A stretch of DNA of 64,000 bases from Rhodospirillaceae bacterium (lineage in GTDB: Bacteria; Pseudomonadota; Alphaproteobacteria; Rhodospirillales; UBA2165): the NCBI GenBank assembly GCA_018674495.1, contig JABHAA010000026.1, positions 84,075 through 148,074 on the forward strand, written 5' to 3'. The translations under genes and the position numbers were made by a program. Under the pieces are notes generated by a model. It did no database searches. It was not told where the DNA came from and saw only the letters and a list, made by a program, of their open reading frames with translations. Positions 34,558 through 44,224 of this stretch are shown here, one piece after another. Position 1 is the first letter of the stretch, and each line of letters starts with the position of its first letter.

Positions 34558-36607
34558 CTTTGAAGGGCGGGCGCTTATTTGGATTGGTTTTGGGCCCGAG
34601 GGTTTTCCGAAGGGCGCGGCCCTGCAAATATTCCCGGACCGCCGCCAATTGCTTCACCACCTCCGCTCCCAGGTAATCGTTGCCGAAAACGTTCAGGTGA
34701 TCATTGTCGGCATAGAGGGATTTGCCGTCCGCAAACGGCGAGCAGCCCGAGCTATCGCAAAGGGGCGCGGTAATATCGATGAGTTTGACGTCTGATCGCT
34801 GCCACAAGGCGCCGAGGAATCGGGTGCGTTCGTCCAATTCCCGGCGCGATCTCCGGTGCGCCGGTTGCGAGCCCAGTATCCGGAACTTCAAGGCAAGCGT
34901 GGGCGGATCGATATTGAAATTGGGTACTTGGCGGAACACATAGACGCGAACGCCATGGGCGCGAAGCACCCCGACCATGGCAGTGAAGTTTTCAGCAAAA
35001 TCCTTTCTGGCCGAGATCTTGTCGGCTCGGTTTCGGCTTTCGTGGGCGGTCACGAAGGGGTCCTGGCCGGCATCGAAGATATCCCAGCCCTCTACATACA
35101 TGGCGAACCGGGATATCAACATGACCGCCGGCGCGCCGGTATCAATGATGTGTTTTATGACCGCCTGGTTGAATTCCCGGCAGCGGTGTTCGGTGCGTGC
35201 CCGGTAGGCGACCGAAAGGCCGGTGACCGGCGGACATCCCGGAAAGTGGGCGAAGGATATGGGAAATCCGAGTTTTTGGGCGGCGTCCTTTACCGCCGGG
35301 AATATGGCCTGGGCATGGCTGTCTCCCCATAGGACGACGCGCCCGCCACCGGGTCCGGGATCGCCAAAATCGCACAGAAAATTATCCGGCCTTACATTAA
35401 ACCGGTTGCATTCGGACCAGGGCTCGATTTGGCGCTCCAGCTCATACTGGGCAAGAATTTGCGGCGCGATACGGCCCGGCAGCCCGCCGGTTGCGTGCAC
35501 GCCAAGACCGGCAAGCGACACCACCAGCACTGCGGCAGCGGAGCCTAAGGCCAGTCTTTTATTGGAAAATAATTGCCGGTTCCGGCGCAAGGGCTGTTCC
35601 ACAAATTTGTAGGCAATCAGGGCGATGACGATGCCGGCGGCGGCGGCGGCGGCATCGCTGATCGGCACCGGCGGTGCGAAACTGGTAACCCGGTTGAATA
35701 CGATGGCCGGCCAATGCCAGAGATAGATCGAATAGGACAACAGCCCCACCTGGACCAGGGGCCGCCATGCCAGGAAGGTGCCAACGACAGTGCCACGTGA
35801 CCGGTTGGCCCAGATGATCAAGGCGGTCCCGAATGTGGGCAGCAATGCCTGATAGGAGGGAAAGGGCGTGTTTTCCGTATAGACGAAGACCGAGTACAGA
35901 ATGGCCGCCGCGCCGATAATCGCCAGAAACTCGTCTAGCCATTTTTGCGCAAACTGGTTCCCGGCATCAATGATCCAATGGGCCAGCAAGGCGCCGATAC
36001 CCAATTCCCAGGCGCGGGTGGGGAGCAGGAAAAATGCGGCAGACGGCTTATGCGCGGCCCCCCAAATGGAAAGGCCAAAAGATATAACCGACGCCAGGGC
36101 AATGATATGCCAGAGGGAAAATTTTGTGAACCGCCGCACCAGGAGAATAAAAATCGGAAAGAAAATATAGAACTGTTCTTCCAGGGACAACGACCAGGTA
36201 TGGCGCAACGGCTTCAATCCAAGGACCTGATCGAAATATCCCGATTGCTGCCAAAACCAAATGTTGGACACATAAAAAGATTGCGCGGCCACCGATTGCC
36301 CAAAATTTTTAAACGCATCGGGGGGCAGCACCATGCCGAACAGCGGTACCGATACCGCCAGCATCAAAAATAGCGCCGGAAATATGCGCCGAATACGCCT
36401 GAGCCAGAAACCGGCCAGCGAAAAAGATCCGTCCGCGGTATCTTTCACGATTATTCCGGTGATCAAAAATCCGGATATGACGAAAAAAATATCCACACCG
36501 ACAAATCCGCCGCTCAGCGGGCCGAGGCCGATGTGAAACAGAATGATGGCAATTACCGCAACCGCGCGCAACCCGTCGACATCTGCGCGATAAGGCAATG
36601 TCACCAT
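34553..36607 (-). CDS. Acyltransferase-3 (OafA/YrhL-type) membrane O-acyltransferase fused to a C-terminal SGNH domain
   Basis: 684 aa. N-terminal YRADVDGLRAVAVIAIILFH is the AT3 signature, followed by about 10 TM segments. The C-terminal domain has VVLWGDSHA (SGNH block I). Confidence 0.85.
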   Translation of the reverse strand: MVTLPYRADVDGLRAVAVIAIILFHIGLGPLSGGFVGVDIFFVISGFLITGIIVKDTADGSFSLAGFWLRRIRRIFPALFLMLAVSVPLFGMVLPPDAFKNFGQSVAAQSFYVSNIWFWQQSGYFDQVLGLKPLRHTWSLSLEEQFYIFFPIFILLVRRFTKFSLWHIIALASVISFGLSIWGAAHKPSAAFFLLPTRAWELGIGALLAHWIIDAGNQFAQKWLDEFLAIIGAAAILYSVFVYTENTPFPSYQALLPTFGTALIIWANRSRGTVVGTFLAWRPLVQVGLLSYSIYLWHWPAIVFNRVTSFAPPVPISDAAAAAAGIVIALIAYKFVEQPLRRNRQLFSNKRLALGSAAAVLVVSLAGLGVHATGGLPGRIAPQILAQYELERQIEPWSECNRFNVRPDNFLCDFGDPGPGGGRVVLWGDSHAQAIFPAVKDAAQKLGFPISFAHFPGCPPVTGLSVAYRARTEHRCREFNQAVIKHIIDTGAPAVMLISRFAMYVEGWDIFDAGQDPFVTAHESRNRADKISARKDFAENFTAMVGVLRAHGVRVYVFRQVPNFNIDPPTLALKFRILGSQPAHRRSRRELDERTRFLGALWQRSDVKLIDITAPLCDSSGCSPFADGKSLYADNDHLNVFGNDYLGAEVVKQLAAVREYLQGRALRKTLGPKTNPNKRPPFKG

Positions 36608-37041
36608 GTCAAATGCGATCCGATGATCCTATGGACCCGCCATAATTAATCCAGGCTGGCCTATCTGCTGCCGCCCGCTCGATTCGTTTCTGGTTACAAT
36701 CGAATGACATCCGAATCAAGAGGCGATGGAGCCGCCGGTTGCAAAAAGGCGCGCGCCGGACTTGCGAAATATTTTCTGCGTTCTAAATACCATACTGTGC
36801 TCTTTGACAGCACGTGCTCTTGTATATCGTAAATAAAAAGTATTGCCCCCGAAGCGCGGCCGTGCGATCACGGAATGCTTTGATAAGCGCCACCTATCGC
36901 GGTGCCAAGACAGACGTCGAGCTGGCCATCCCCAGACCAGATGGGCCGATCCCTAAAAACCGTTAGGAAAGTTCGTGAGACGGTAGGGCCGAAATTCAAA
37001 AAAATGTCGCACAAGCCATGCGCATTGCGCTTGGGCTCGGC

Positions 37042-38517
37042 TTAGCTGGATTGCATCTCTTCGAAGAAAGATTGCTTGTCGTTCAAAATCTGGCGCAGCG
37101 AGTTACTGCCGGAATGCTCATTGATGCGGGCTTCGAACTCCCGGGCGAGAGATTTGAGATCCTCGGCGCTAAATTCCTTGGTGGCGATCAGCGGCTCGCC
37201 ATAATACTGGGTTGCGGTCAGATAATCTTCGTCGGAGATATTTTCGTCGATCATGTTGTGCTCGACCGCCACGTCGTATAGCTCGGTTCCGTAGAGCGGC
37301 GTTGCGAACAGCATGATCGGCACCACTTTGTAGTCCTTGAACAGGCGCACCGCCAACTCCACCGTTTCGCGCATGTCTGACATGGTTTCGCCAGGGAAGC
37401 CCATTATATAAAAGGCACACATATTGATCTTTAATTCGGCGCAATAACCAACAATCTCGATAACTTTTTCAAGGATGGTGTCTTTTTTGACAATCGTGTC
37501 GAGTACCTTCTGGTTGCCCGATTCGATGGCCAGTTGAACCCCGGCGCAACCGGACTTTTTGATTTTCTCGACGATGCGGTAATTCAAGCTGTCGGCGCGG
37601 ATGCCGTTCGGCGTGTCCCACTGGATGTCCATTTTCGCATCGATGATACCGTCCAGGATCGCCTCGAAGCGGAGCGGCTTGAAGGAAATATTATCATCTT
37701 CGAGATGGAAATTGGTAATCCCCATTTCCTCGACACAATATTTGAAATGACGCAGGACATATTCTGGCGAATGAAAGCGAAACTTCTTGCCCATATGCAG
37801 TTTGATCGAGCAAAAGACGCAATTGAACGGGCAGCCGCGGCTGGTGATGATCGAAACTGATTTGGTCGGGATCGCGGAGCGACTTTTATAGAGGTTCGGA
37901 TTGTTAAGATAGTCATCCAGGTTCAACAGGTCGTACGCGGGCAGCGGCAACTCATCCAGATCATCCAATGGGCGGCGTTTGGTATATTCGACCTTGCCGT
38001 TGGTTTTGTGGGCGACGCCTTCGATATTTTCCAACGATTCGCCGGCGCCAAAACGCTCGATAAATTCGCGGAAGGTCACCTCGCCCTCGCCGACAACGCA
38101 GAAATCGCAATCGCCGTCGTCGAGCAATTTGGCGTAACGGACGCTGGGGTGCGGGCCGCCCAGCACAACGGTTATTTCGGGATCGATATCGCGGCAAAGG
38201 GCGGAGATACGCAGCCCGTTTTCCGACTGGCTGGAAAAGGGAATGGAAATTCCGACGATGTCGGGCGCGTAGTCTTCGATCGCGACCCGGACTTTTTCGA
38301 TGGGTGTGCCGTAAGTGACAAACCCGCCCACCTCCACGGCTTCAAAATCCTCGATCAAGCAGTCAAAGATTTTAACGTCGCAAATATCCTTGGTGGTCGC
38401 GGCAACGTACAAAAGGCTGAGCGGGAAGTAGACGTTAAATCCAAGGGCCTGACCCTTATATTTATGGGGCGGATTTATCAGCAGTACGCGCGGCTGTTTC
38501 TTGGACAAAGTATTCAC
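37042..38517 (-). CDS. B12-binding-domain radical SAM enzyme (class B), paralogue 5
   Basis: 491 aa with VVLGGPHPSVR, then TSRGCPFNCVFCS. Flanked by 434-bp and 360-bp non-coding spacers. Confidence 0.85.
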   Translation of the reverse strand: MNTLSKKQPRVLLINPPHKYKGQALGFNVYFPLSLLYVAATTKDICDVKIFDCLIEDFEAVEVGGFVTYGTPIEKVRVAIEDYAPDIVGISIPFSSQSENGLRISALCRDIDPEITVVLGGPHPSVRYAKLLDDGDCDFCVVGEGEVTFREFIERFGAGESLENIEGVAHKTNGKVEYTKRRPLDDLDELPLPAYDLLNLDDYLNNPNLYKSRSAIPTKSVSIITSRGCPFNCVFCSIKLHMGKKFRFHSPEYVLRHFKYCVEEMGITNFHLEDDNISFKPLRFEAILDGIIDAKMDIQWDTPNGIRADSLNYRIVEKIKKSGCAGVQLAIESGNQKVLDTIVKKDTILEKVIEIVGYCAELKINMCAFYIMGFPGETMSDMRETVELAVRLFKDYKVVPIMLFATPLYGTELYDVAVEHNMIDENISDEDYLTATQYYGEPLIATKEFSAEDLKSLAREFEARINEHSGSNSLRQILNDKQSFFEEMQSS

Positions 38518-38754
38518 CTAAAAGCACCCTTGTGCGATGTCCGAGCGCCTTTGCGCCATCCAATATGCGCAATATCCGGCACCGGGAGATTTGAACCTGA
38601 AATCCATTCTATCCACTTTTCGCAAATTTCAAAGCCAATTTTAAAATTAGAACTATAAAACAATCGGCTATAACCGTTTAAATTTAATGGATAAATTAAT
38701 TGTATAGCTTCTATATTGGAATCTAGAAAATCAATAATCCGCCATCCTGGCCCC

Positions 38755-38766
38755 GTTGGTAGCGTG
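38755..38766 (+). promoter_or_regulatory. Weaker ops-like element in the leader of the Wzy-like gene
   Basis: The plus strand reads GTTGGTAGCGTG, 10/12 to ops with the 3' nine nt GGTAGCGTG identical. It lies 112 nt upstream of the 38878 start in the correct orientation. Confidence 0.3.
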
Positions 38767-38877
38767 CTTTGGGCCCGATTGAAAGATTTCTTTGACTTAC
38801 GGCCTTATCAAAACTGCGCCGGTTTTGTATTCTGTCGAACCCTTTGAATCCGGACCCGGAAAAGTCAGCAACCGCCT

Positions 38878-40329
38878 GTGCAAAACATTGACGCCCCAGC
38901 ATCTGCCTTGAAGCCCGGATTGCAACGTCCGGTGTTGTTGATCCTTGTCTTAGGCCTGGTTGCCAGCGTCTTACTTTATGCCAGCCGCGTCGTGCCTTGG
39001 GATACGGCATTGCTAGGTTTGGCAATCATTTGGACGGCGGCCCTTCCCGGTATATTGTATCTGCAAGGGATCGGGCGCGGGCCGGTGCCGTTTTTTCCGG
39101 CGGTTGGCGTATTCTATATCGTATTTTTCGGCTTGCCGGTCTTTACCCTTCCCTTCGGCTACACCGGTGCAGACAATATTATATTGTACAACCGGGTCAT
39201 TTTGACGTTTGTTAAGCCGGAAGTCCTGGCGCTTGTACTCCTTAGCATCGGCGCCATGGTCGGCGCTTTTTACATGTCGCGGGCGTTTCTGTTTAACCGG
39301 TTGCGGGCCTTCCGATTTGCCAATGAGGCGCAGGCGCCGGCCATCAATATCTTGCTGGCTGGATTGATCGTTTCGCATGTAGCGTTTCAGTATCTGCCGG
39401 TCTTAAGGCAGGTTCCGTCCCTTGGCCAATTGCTTGGCCCGGCCGGGTTTCTCGGCTTTGGCGGCTATTACTTGTTATGGGCCCGGGGCCAAACTTATCG
39501 GCTCGACGCGGCGGCTATATTTTTTATTCTGTTGCCCTTGGAAATATTTTCGCGGGTTCGCGTTTTTTTCCTGACCGACATCATTCTTCTGGCAGTCTTT
39601 TTCATCTTTCTGTTTTGGCGGGAAGGCCGGATGAAAATACTGGCGGGTCTGACCGGATTTATCTTGATCGTTCTTCTAGCATACACCGCCTCCACCAACC
39701 TCAGGAGCCTCAGCAACGACACGGCGGAAAAATTCAAGATCGTCGGCAAGGGGTTCGTAGAGAATTTGCTTCATGGCAAAATCACCGATCCGGAAATTGA
39801 TGTCGAAAACACCTACGCGGATGGCCGCTTTGCGCCCCTGGTCAAGCGCATGTCCCATATTTGGATATTCCATTGGGTGTACGATCAGAGCCCGACACCC
39901 ATCCCATATTGGGACGGGTTCAGCTACCGGCCGTTGATAACATCCTTCGTGCCGAGAGTCCTCTACCCGGATAAGCCAAGGGAAGTAAGCGGTCACACCT
40001 TCGGCCAACGGTACGGCTTGTTGTCGAACAGCAGCAGCACAACATCTGTAAACATCCCTTGGCTGACAGAGTTGCTGGCCAATTTCGGCCCTTGGGGGGC
40101 CGTCCTTGGCATGTTTTTGGTGGGCGTATTTCTGGCGTTCCTCGATACGCTGTTTAACCGGCGTGGCATGTCTGATTTGGAATTTGTCATCGGCCTTACG
40201 CTCATATTCCCGCTGGTCTATCCAGAATCCAACATTTCGGTTATGACCGGATCGCTTCTGCCCCTTTTCATTGTCTTGTTTGCATATTTTTATGTTGGTT
40301 TGAAAATGCTTCATAATTGGCGCGCATAG
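38878..40329 (+). CDS. Polytopic membrane protein, Wzy-type glycan polymerase candidate
   Basis: 483 aa with about 11 hydrophobic segments and one large hydrophilic loop (residues ~290-380). No diagnostic motif; the call rests on topology and context. Confidence 0.4.
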   Translation: MQNIDAPASALKPGLQRPVLLILVLGLVASVLLYASRVVPWDTALLGLAIIWTAALPGILYLQGIGRGPVPFFPAVGVFYIVFFGLPVFTLPFGYTGADNIILYNRVILTFVKPEVLALVLLSIGAMVGAFYMSRAFLFNRLRAFRFANEAQAPAINILLAGLIVSHVAFQYLPVLRQVPSLGQLLGPAGFLGFGGYYLLWARGQTYRLDAAAIFFILLPLEIFSRVRVFFLTDIILLAVFFIFLFWREGRMKILAGLTGFILIVLLAYTASTNLRSLSNDTAEKFKIVGKGFVENLLHGKITDPEIDVENTYADGRFAPLVKRMSHIWIFHWVYDQSPTPIPYWDGFSYRPLITSFVPRVLYPDKPREVSGHTFGQRYGLLSNSSSTTSVNIPWLTELLANFGPWGAVLGMFLVGVFLAFLDTLFNRRGMSDLEFVIGLTLIFPLVYPESNISVMTGSLLPLFIVLFAYFYVGLKMLHNWRA

Positions 40330-40401
40330 CTTGGAATTGCGGCCTTTCGAATTTGACGGGCTTGAAGGCCGTGCACTTAGGTTTCTCAAATCATATTCAG
40401 A

Positions 40402-41103
40402 CTATTTCCCCCGTCCCGCGCCACCAAGAGAGGGCGCTGCGGCGATAAATTCTTTCAGCGCCTGAGCCGGCGTTGGCCGCTCGGCGGTTCCCGGGAACGG
40501 CGAGGCCAGGTTGGCGCGCGCAATATTTTTATATGTTTTAACAAACTTATCGATAAAGGACGAAAGCTTCGGATCAAGCTTTGCCGCCTCATTAAAATAT
40601 TGGGCGGTTTTCAAAATACTTGATTGCACACAGCGATTGCCATCCCGGTGCATACTGCCAAGCACGATATTGGCGCCCGCATCGCCGGCCGCCGCCGCCA
40701 TATTCAGAAGCCGGATGGAAATTTTGCAGCGATCCATTTGGCGCGCCGGCGATATGGAAGCGCCCTCCCCCAAGCGTAAATTTATAAATAGGTGCACGGC
40801 CCGAAGATCGCCCAATTGGGCGCCCTTTAAATACCACGCCGCAGCTTTTTGACGGTCGGCAATGGGAGAAACGGCACGGCGGTCCAATTCAAATATCCGG
40901 CCAAGCAAAATGGCCGCGTGCATATCCCCACGTTCGGCGCGCGCCGCCAGACCGGGAATTGCGGCGGCGGGGTCGCCGCCCATATAGGTGATATAGCCCT
41001 GCTCATCGGACCGGATTTTAAACGCCGCCCCAATTACAATCAGAATGACGGCGATTGCTATTAGTCGACCGGGTTTGGTCATGGCGATTTCATTCCCGCC
41101 CAC
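40402..41103 (-). CDS. Sel1-like (TPR-related) repeat protein with N-terminal membrane anchor
   Basis: 233 aa with an N-terminal hydrophobic helix and repeats of the A..W..KAA..GD..A...LG type (AAAWYLKGAQLGDLRAV, AAAAGDAGANIVLGSMH). Confidence 0.55.
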   Translation of the reverse strand: MGGNEIAMTKPGRLIAIAVILIVIGAAFKIRSDEQGYITYMGGDPAAAIPGLAARAERGDMHAAILLGRIFELDRRAVSPIADRQKAAAWYLKGAQLGDLRAVHLFINLRLGEGASISPARQMDRCKISIRLLNMAAAAGDAGANIVLGSMHRDGNRCVQSSILKTAQYFNEAAKLDPKLSSFIDKFVKTYKNIARANLASPFPGTAERPTPAQALKEFIAAAPSLGGAGRGK

Positions 41104-41316
41104 GTCAACGCCGAATCAAATTGGCGGATAAGATGGACAAAATCCTGCAACACCGGGCTCTCCGATTGGTCCCAGGACCGGCTCGCCAGCACCGGATCCA
41201 CAACAGAAATTGATAGGGATTGCGGCGGTATGGATAACGCGCCTGTGTCCATGATCCTGTGTTCCGATAAATTAATTTGGATTCTACAAAATTAATTATC
41301 GAATATTATCGGGCAA

Positions 41317-42192
41317 ATGCAAATCCAGTGGCGTTGCTGGGGCCATTCGCCCTTTCAACCACGCGATGAGACTATGACTGCCGGGGCGAATATGATATGC
41401 AAGCAAACGCCCCGCCAGCCTGATAATTTATGTGTTATGGATCTCAAGGAAGTCGAAAACAGGGAAAATCCGCGCCACCCGTGGGAAATTTGCCGGCGGA
41501 ATTTTTTCACCGGCATTGTCGCGGAGACCGTGCGGGGCGGGGCCAAAACCAAAATTCTGGACGTGGGCGCAGGTGATGGCTGGGTGAGCCAGGGATTGTC
41601 GGATGCCATCCCCATCGGCGATAAAATTATCTGTTGGGATATCAACTATACGCCGCAAGATCTGGATCAATATTCCATGGGCGCGGCAAGCGGGTTGAAT
41701 TATGTTTGCGAGCGGCCGCAAGGGAAATTCGATTTGATACTGATGCTGGATGTGCTCGAGCATATGGAAACTGATAGCAAATTTCTAGATCAACTGGTTT
41801 CCGGAAACCTGGATGCGGATGGATTTATCGTGATCAGCGTGCCCGCCTGGCCCGCCTTGTTTTCAGCCCACGACCGCGCCCTGGGTCATTTCCGCCGCTA
41901 TACGCCGGGGGGAGCGCGCGCCCTTATTACCGGCCAGGGGCTGCGTATCCTGCGTTCCGGCGGTTTGTTTCATTCGCTGATACTGCCCCGCGCCATGCAG
42001 CGCGCCCGCGAAAAATGGGCCCCGAAGGGGCCGGGTAAATCTGGGGTTGGCGGATGGAACGGCGGTACGTTGGCAACCAACGTGATCGTTGCCGCACTTT
42101 CTGCGGACAACAAGTTTTCGGCGCTGTTGTCGCGGATTGGAATTTCGGCGCCGGGGCTTAGTTGGTGGGCGGTATGTCAAAAAAATTCATAG
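41317..42192 (+). CDS. Class I SAM-dependent methyltransferase
   Basis: Motif I is KILDVGAGDGWVS, with LILMLDVLEH post-motif II. The start is uncertain; internal ATGs at codons 20 and 42 are possible. Confidence 0.75.
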   Translation: MQIQWRCWGHSPFQPRDETMTAGANMICKQTPRQPDNLCVMDLKEVENRENPRHPWEICRRNFFTGIVAETVRGGAKTKILDVGAGDGWVSQGLSDAIPIGDKIICWDINYTPQDLDQYSMGAASGLNYVCERPQGKFDLILMLDVLEHMETDSKFLDQLVSGNLDADGFIVISVPAWPALFSAHDRALGHFRRYTPGGARALITGQGLRILRSGGLFHSLILPRAMQRAREKWAPKGPGKSGVGGWNGGTLATNVIVAALSADNKFSALLSRIGISAPGLSWWAVCQKNS

Positions 42193-42938
42193 TCGTACCC
42201 TGCTACAACGAAGCAGACCGCCTGAATGGGGACGATTTTATTGCGTTGAGCGCCGGCGCCAACGCCACGTTGATCTTCGTGAACGACGGCTCGACCGACT
42301 CCACGGGAGCCAAGTTATCCGAACTTTGCGGCCAGCTTGGCGAACGCGGGCTAGTCATTGAATTGGAGAAAAATGCCGGCAAGGGCGAAGCTGTTCGCGC
42401 CGGCATGACGGTGGCCCTGGACCTAGGTGCCGGATGGGTTGGCTATATTGACGCAGATATGTCGACGCCGGTATCCGAAATTATTCGGCTACTGGCAATC
42501 GGTGAGGCCGGAAATCACCGCGCGGTCATTGGCGCCCGCATCCGATTGTTGGGACATTCCATCGATCGGTCCGGCACCCGGCATTATCTTGGAAGAATTT
42601 TCGCGACACTTGCAGCCGTGATACTGCGCATACCGATCTATGACACCCAATGCGGGGCAAAATTTTTCCGTAGCAATACCGAGCTCCGCAATGCCTTATC
42701 GACACAGTTTCGATCACGCTGGGCCTTTGATATCGAGTTGATAGGCCGATTGACAACGCCGCCCGCGGCATCCACCCTGCCGCGCTGGTCCGGCATTGTT
42801 GAGATTCCATTGGAAAGTTGGTCTGGCCGGACCGATTCCAAATTGGGGCCCTTCGGAATGATTAGAACGGCGCTTGATTTAATCCAAATATGGTCAAATT
42901 TACGCCGCGCCAGGAAGCAGGAACGATTATCGCGATGA
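42174..42938 (+). CDS. GT2-family polyprenyl-phosphate hexose synthase (ALG5/DPM1-like)
   Basis: FIVVPCYNEADRL, VNDGSTDST and YIDADMSTP (DxD). Its stop forms an ATGA overlap with the next gene. Confidence 0.8.
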   Translation: MSKKFIVVPCYNEADRLNGDDFIALSAGANATLIFVNDGSTDSTGAKLSELCGQLGERGLVIELEKNAGKGEAVRAGMTVALDLGAGWVGYIDADMSTPVSEIIRLLAIGEAGNHRAVIGARIRLLGHSIDRSGTRHYLGRIFATLAAVILRIPIYDTQCGAKFFRSNTELRNALSTQFRSRWAFDIELIGRLTTPPAASTLPRWSGIVEIPLESWSGRTDSKLGPFGMIRTALDLIQIWSNLRRARKQERLSR

Positions 42939-44128
42939 AATTTCCTTTGATTTGGTTTGGCGCGGGAATGTTATTTCTGTCGGCAGCTGTATTTTTCTTC
43001 ACCATTTTTACCAATCTCGACCATGGCTTCTGGCACGATGAAGTCATCTCGCTAAAATTTGCCAGCCCAGACTTTGATTTCGGCGAATCATTCCGATGGT
43101 GGGCAAATTTCGAGCCTCATCCCTTTACCTATTACATGTTTCTACGGATCTGGTTCATGATAGTGGGATTTGGCGAAGCTACCGCCAAACTATTCAACCC
43201 AATAATTTTCGTGATTTGCGCCATTTTGGCTTATCGAATTTGGCCCGCGGAGCGGCGTGCGGAGTTTCTGCTATTCCTGTCACTGAATATGACCTCGGTT
43301 TGGTCGATATTCTATCTCATTGAAGTTAGATCCTACGGCGCCATGCTGTCCGTCAGCCTGGTTGCCGCGAGCGCCATATTCGCGCTGCAGCACTATTCGG
43401 AAACCGGCGATGGCCTGCCCCGGAAACTGTGGCAGCCGTTTAGTTATTTGACGGCATGCGTCATCCTTTTGGCGCTGTTGGATTCATGGGGTGTGCTGCT
43501 GGGCTCCGGCATCGTTGTATTCGTACTCTTAAGATTTCCGATGTTACGGGCGCAAATAATGGACAAATGGCTATTATTTACCGTGCTGACCATCGTGACC
43601 GGCGTGGCTATGCTGCAATATCTGAATATCGTCCTCATTTACGACGGACTTACCTCGCTCGGCATTACGCTCAGAAACTTTACACTGGATGCGTCATCTT
43701 GGCAGGTGATCCAGATCATGGTGGGCGAACTATTCCATCATATTTACGTCACCGGTCGAAGCGAGATTATTGTGGCCGTTGCTGCTTTGGTATGGGCCGG
43801 CGCATTGGTTCTAAATCGGCGCGTTCCGGTCGCTGAAATCTTGATCTATCTGGGCCCCGTTGCCTTCGCCTATGGGGTGGTATTGGTCCTGCATGCCATC
43901 AATGGCCAAGCCTATTACCGGCACTATTCTTCGCTTTTGTTGTTGCCGTTTCTGTTTTTGTTTTTATTGTCAACGGCGTTCCGGGCGCGGGGCATGCAGG
44001 CCTTGCCAGCGCTGGCCATCTCACTGTTTGTCCTGGCAAATGTCGCCTCCATTCCCTTTTTCGAGAGATTCCCAGACAAGCCCCGCCATATAGGTTATGT
44101 AAAAGTATACCAACCTGTGTTCCGATAG
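42935..44128 (+). CDS. GT-C-fold (ArnT/PMT-like) polytopic glycosyltransferase candidate
   Basis: About 11 TM segments. The first loop has the acidic pair FWHDEV, reminiscent of the DE/DD motif of GT-C enzymes. Translationally coupled to the GT2 upstream. Confidence 0.55.
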   Translation: MKFPLIWFGAGMLFLSAAVFFFTIFTNLDHGFWHDEVISLKFASPDFDFGESFRWWANFEPHPFTYYMFLRIWFMIVGFGEATAKLFNPIIFVICAILAYRIWPAERRAEFLLFLSLNMTSVWSIFYLIEVRSYGAMLSVSLVAASAIFALQHYSETGDGLPRKLWQPFSYLTACVILLALLDSWGVLLGSGIVVFVLLRFPMLRAQIMDKWLLFTVLTIVTGVAMLQYLNIVLIYDGLTSLGITLRNFTLDASSWQVIQIMVGELFHHIYVTGRSEIIVAVAALVWAGALVLNRRVPVAEILIYLGPVAFAYGVVLVLHAINGQAYYRHYSSLLLLPFLFLFLLSTAFRARGMQALPALAISLFVLANVASIPFFERFPDKPRHIGYVKVYQPVFR

Positions 44129-44224
44129 ATCAGGTGGCGTCGACAAATTGGCAACCTTTGACATTGTAAAAGAGCAGACCTAAAAGTGGGTTCCAGAATA
44201 AATTAGAATCATACTAAAAATACT

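Noticed and set aside
36998-37030. A7 run (T7 on the minus strand) with short GC stems just downstream of the rSAM-5 stop, as a rho-independent terminator
   Set aside because: Only 4-bp stems (CGCA/TGCG or GCGC/GCGC) can be drawn. This is suggestive but too weak to annotate without folding energies or Term-seq.
40340-40371. Inverted repeat CGGCCTT…AAGGCCG between the convergent Wzy-like and Sel1-like genes, as a bidirectional terminator
   Set aside because: The stem is 7 bp, the loop is 18 nt and there is no flanking T or A run. This is not convincing as an intrinsic terminator.
41224-41235. GGCGGTATGGAT, together with TTCGGGAGCGTG at 51858-51869, as further ops-like sites in plus-strand leaders
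   Set aside because: Each changes a core position (G8 to T, and T6 to G) that is important for the ops hairpin and base-flipping recognition in the E. coli RfaH system. They are too degenerate to claim.
43175-43186. GGCGGTAGCTTC on the minus strand, a perfect 8-nt ops core
   Set aside because: It lies antisense inside the plus-strand GT-C-like coding sequence, with no minus-strand gene downstream. One chance occurrence of an 8-mer is expected in a window of this size.
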